A stretch of 64,000 nucleotides of DNA from Dehalococcoidia bacterium (lineage in GTDB: Bacteria; Chloroflexota; Dehalococcoidia; Lucifugimonadales; VXLM01), in assembly GCA_963665745.1 (NCBI GenBank), contig OY762443.1:611616-675615 (forward strand). The letters are read 5' to 3'. The notes beneath the pieces were generated by a model, which was not told the DNA's origin, did not search any database, and worked only from the letters and a program-made list of their open reading frames with translations. The translations under genes were made by a program, and so were the position numbers. Within the stretch, counting starts at the first letter, position 1. Each line of letters begins with the position of its first letter. Positions 63,226-64,000 of this stretch are shown here, in pieces.

Positions 63226-64000
63226 CGCTGACCGTCACGCGGCCCACCATGCCGCGGTGAATGGGGCAGGAGTATGAGAAGGCGCCAGCCTCGGTGAACG
63301 TCAGAGAGTAGCCCAGTCCGCCGGGGCGCTGGCCGTAGCCGATGAGCCCTGAACTGCGGAAGCCCGTCCCGTCATACTCAGGTGACGGCGGCCCCTCCGG
63401 CGGCGGAGTGCAGGGAATATCGGGGAAGCTGTCGCCCGGCACCTGATCGGAGGGAAAAATGACGCATGGGTTCGCCACGATAAGCGGGGTGCCGCGAGCT
63501 CGCTGTTCGGTCTGGTAGAACACGGGCACACCGTCGTCTCCGCCGAATACGACGGCGTGGAACCGCGTGGAGACCCACGTGACGGTATCCCCCTTCTTTA
63601 TCCGCAGGTCACGGGGGAAGAACTCCAGGACCTCGGCCTCCGGGGTTCCCATGCCGGCCGCTACCATGTACCGCGAGGTGCCGGACGGCCCGACTTCCAC
63701 GTCCAGCACCGTCGTCTCCTGGGCGACCAGACTTTGGAGCTGGTTGACGATGCCCATGCCGAACTGCATTTGGAGGTGGGCGGCCCTGTCGATGTCTTCC
63801 TGGTTCGGCAGGTCGGGATCAGTAGCCTCCTTGACGACGACCGTTCCGCGATGGAACTCGTGGATGCCGCAGATGTACTGGTACGTCCCCGGATCGGGGA
63901 ACTTCAGCGAGAAGGTGTCGATCATGGGCACGTCCGCGCCGATCTGGTAGCCGAACATGATCCCGGAGTTGAAGTAGCCTCTGGCTCTGTACTCCTCCAC
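63218..64000 (-). CDS. tandem cupredoxin (plastocyanin/azurin-like) domain protein; the N-terminus lies beyond the window end
   Basis: Two blue-copper ligand sets, YICGIHEFHRGTVVV and YSCPIHRGMVGRVTV (C-x-x-H-x-x-x-M). The ORF is open to the window edge. Confidence 0.7.
   Translation of the reverse strand: MEEYRARGYFNSGIMFGYQIGADVPMIDTFSLKFPDPGTYQYICGIHEFHRGTVVVKEATDPDLPNQEDIDRAAHLQMQFGMGIVNQLQSLVAQETTVLDVEVGPSGTSRYMVAAGMGTPEAEVLEFFPRDLRIKKGDTVTWVSTRFHAVVFGGDDGVPVFYQTEQRARGTPLIVANPCVIFPSDQVPGDSFPDIPCTPPPEGPPSPEYDGTGFRSSGLIGYGQRPGGLGYSLTFTEAGAFSYSCPIHRGMVGRVTVSDE

Overview
High-GC bacterial chromosomal segment (GC judged by eye, not computed). The gene content and the intergenic hairpin repeats resemble what I recall from Chloroflexota MAGs such as SAR202 or Dehalococcoidia-like lineages; I cannot verify this taxonomy here. 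I call about 58 protein genes. I found no rRNA, tRNA or CRISPR array. Housekeeping genes: ctaA fragment, ftsH, yceD-rpmF-fabD-nusB-acpP, thrB and mutS2. Metabolic and transport genes: a sulfatase/DegT aminotransferase/amidohydrolase/RidA cluster, a DUF1800/DUF1501 pair, MFS and ABC transporters, a histidine-decarboxylase-like gene and an M42 peptidase. Accessory DNA is interspersed among these. (1) Two paralogous single-chain beta-class DNA methyltransferase-HNH nuclease fusions lie in inverted orientation about 42 kb apart (8081-9517 minus; 51793-53157 plus). Their N- and C-terminal blocks are conserved and their centres are divergent. Copy 1 is ATGA-coupled to a 51-aa membrane peptide and abuts an IS110-family element. 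Copy 2 sits next to an AT-rich gene for an AlbA_2/Schlafen-like protein and is bracketed by a decayed thrB remnant and the intact thrB. (2) An Mrr type IV restriction gene. (3) Two complete toxin-antitoxin pairs, two orphan antidote-type HTH genes, and a DUF5678 plus retropepsin-like protease pair. (4) At least five families of REP-like hairpin repeats, one copy lying in frame inside a CDS, plus a 26-bp tandem array. (5) A repeated non-coding module with a near-consensus promoter and three helically phased 10-bp direct repeats, present as an inward-facing inverted pair around 41.3-49.2 kb. The strongest candidates for something undescribed are the MTase-HNH cassettes with their partner genes and the promoter/decamer module. 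All functional calls come from reading motifs in the translations; no database search was possible.
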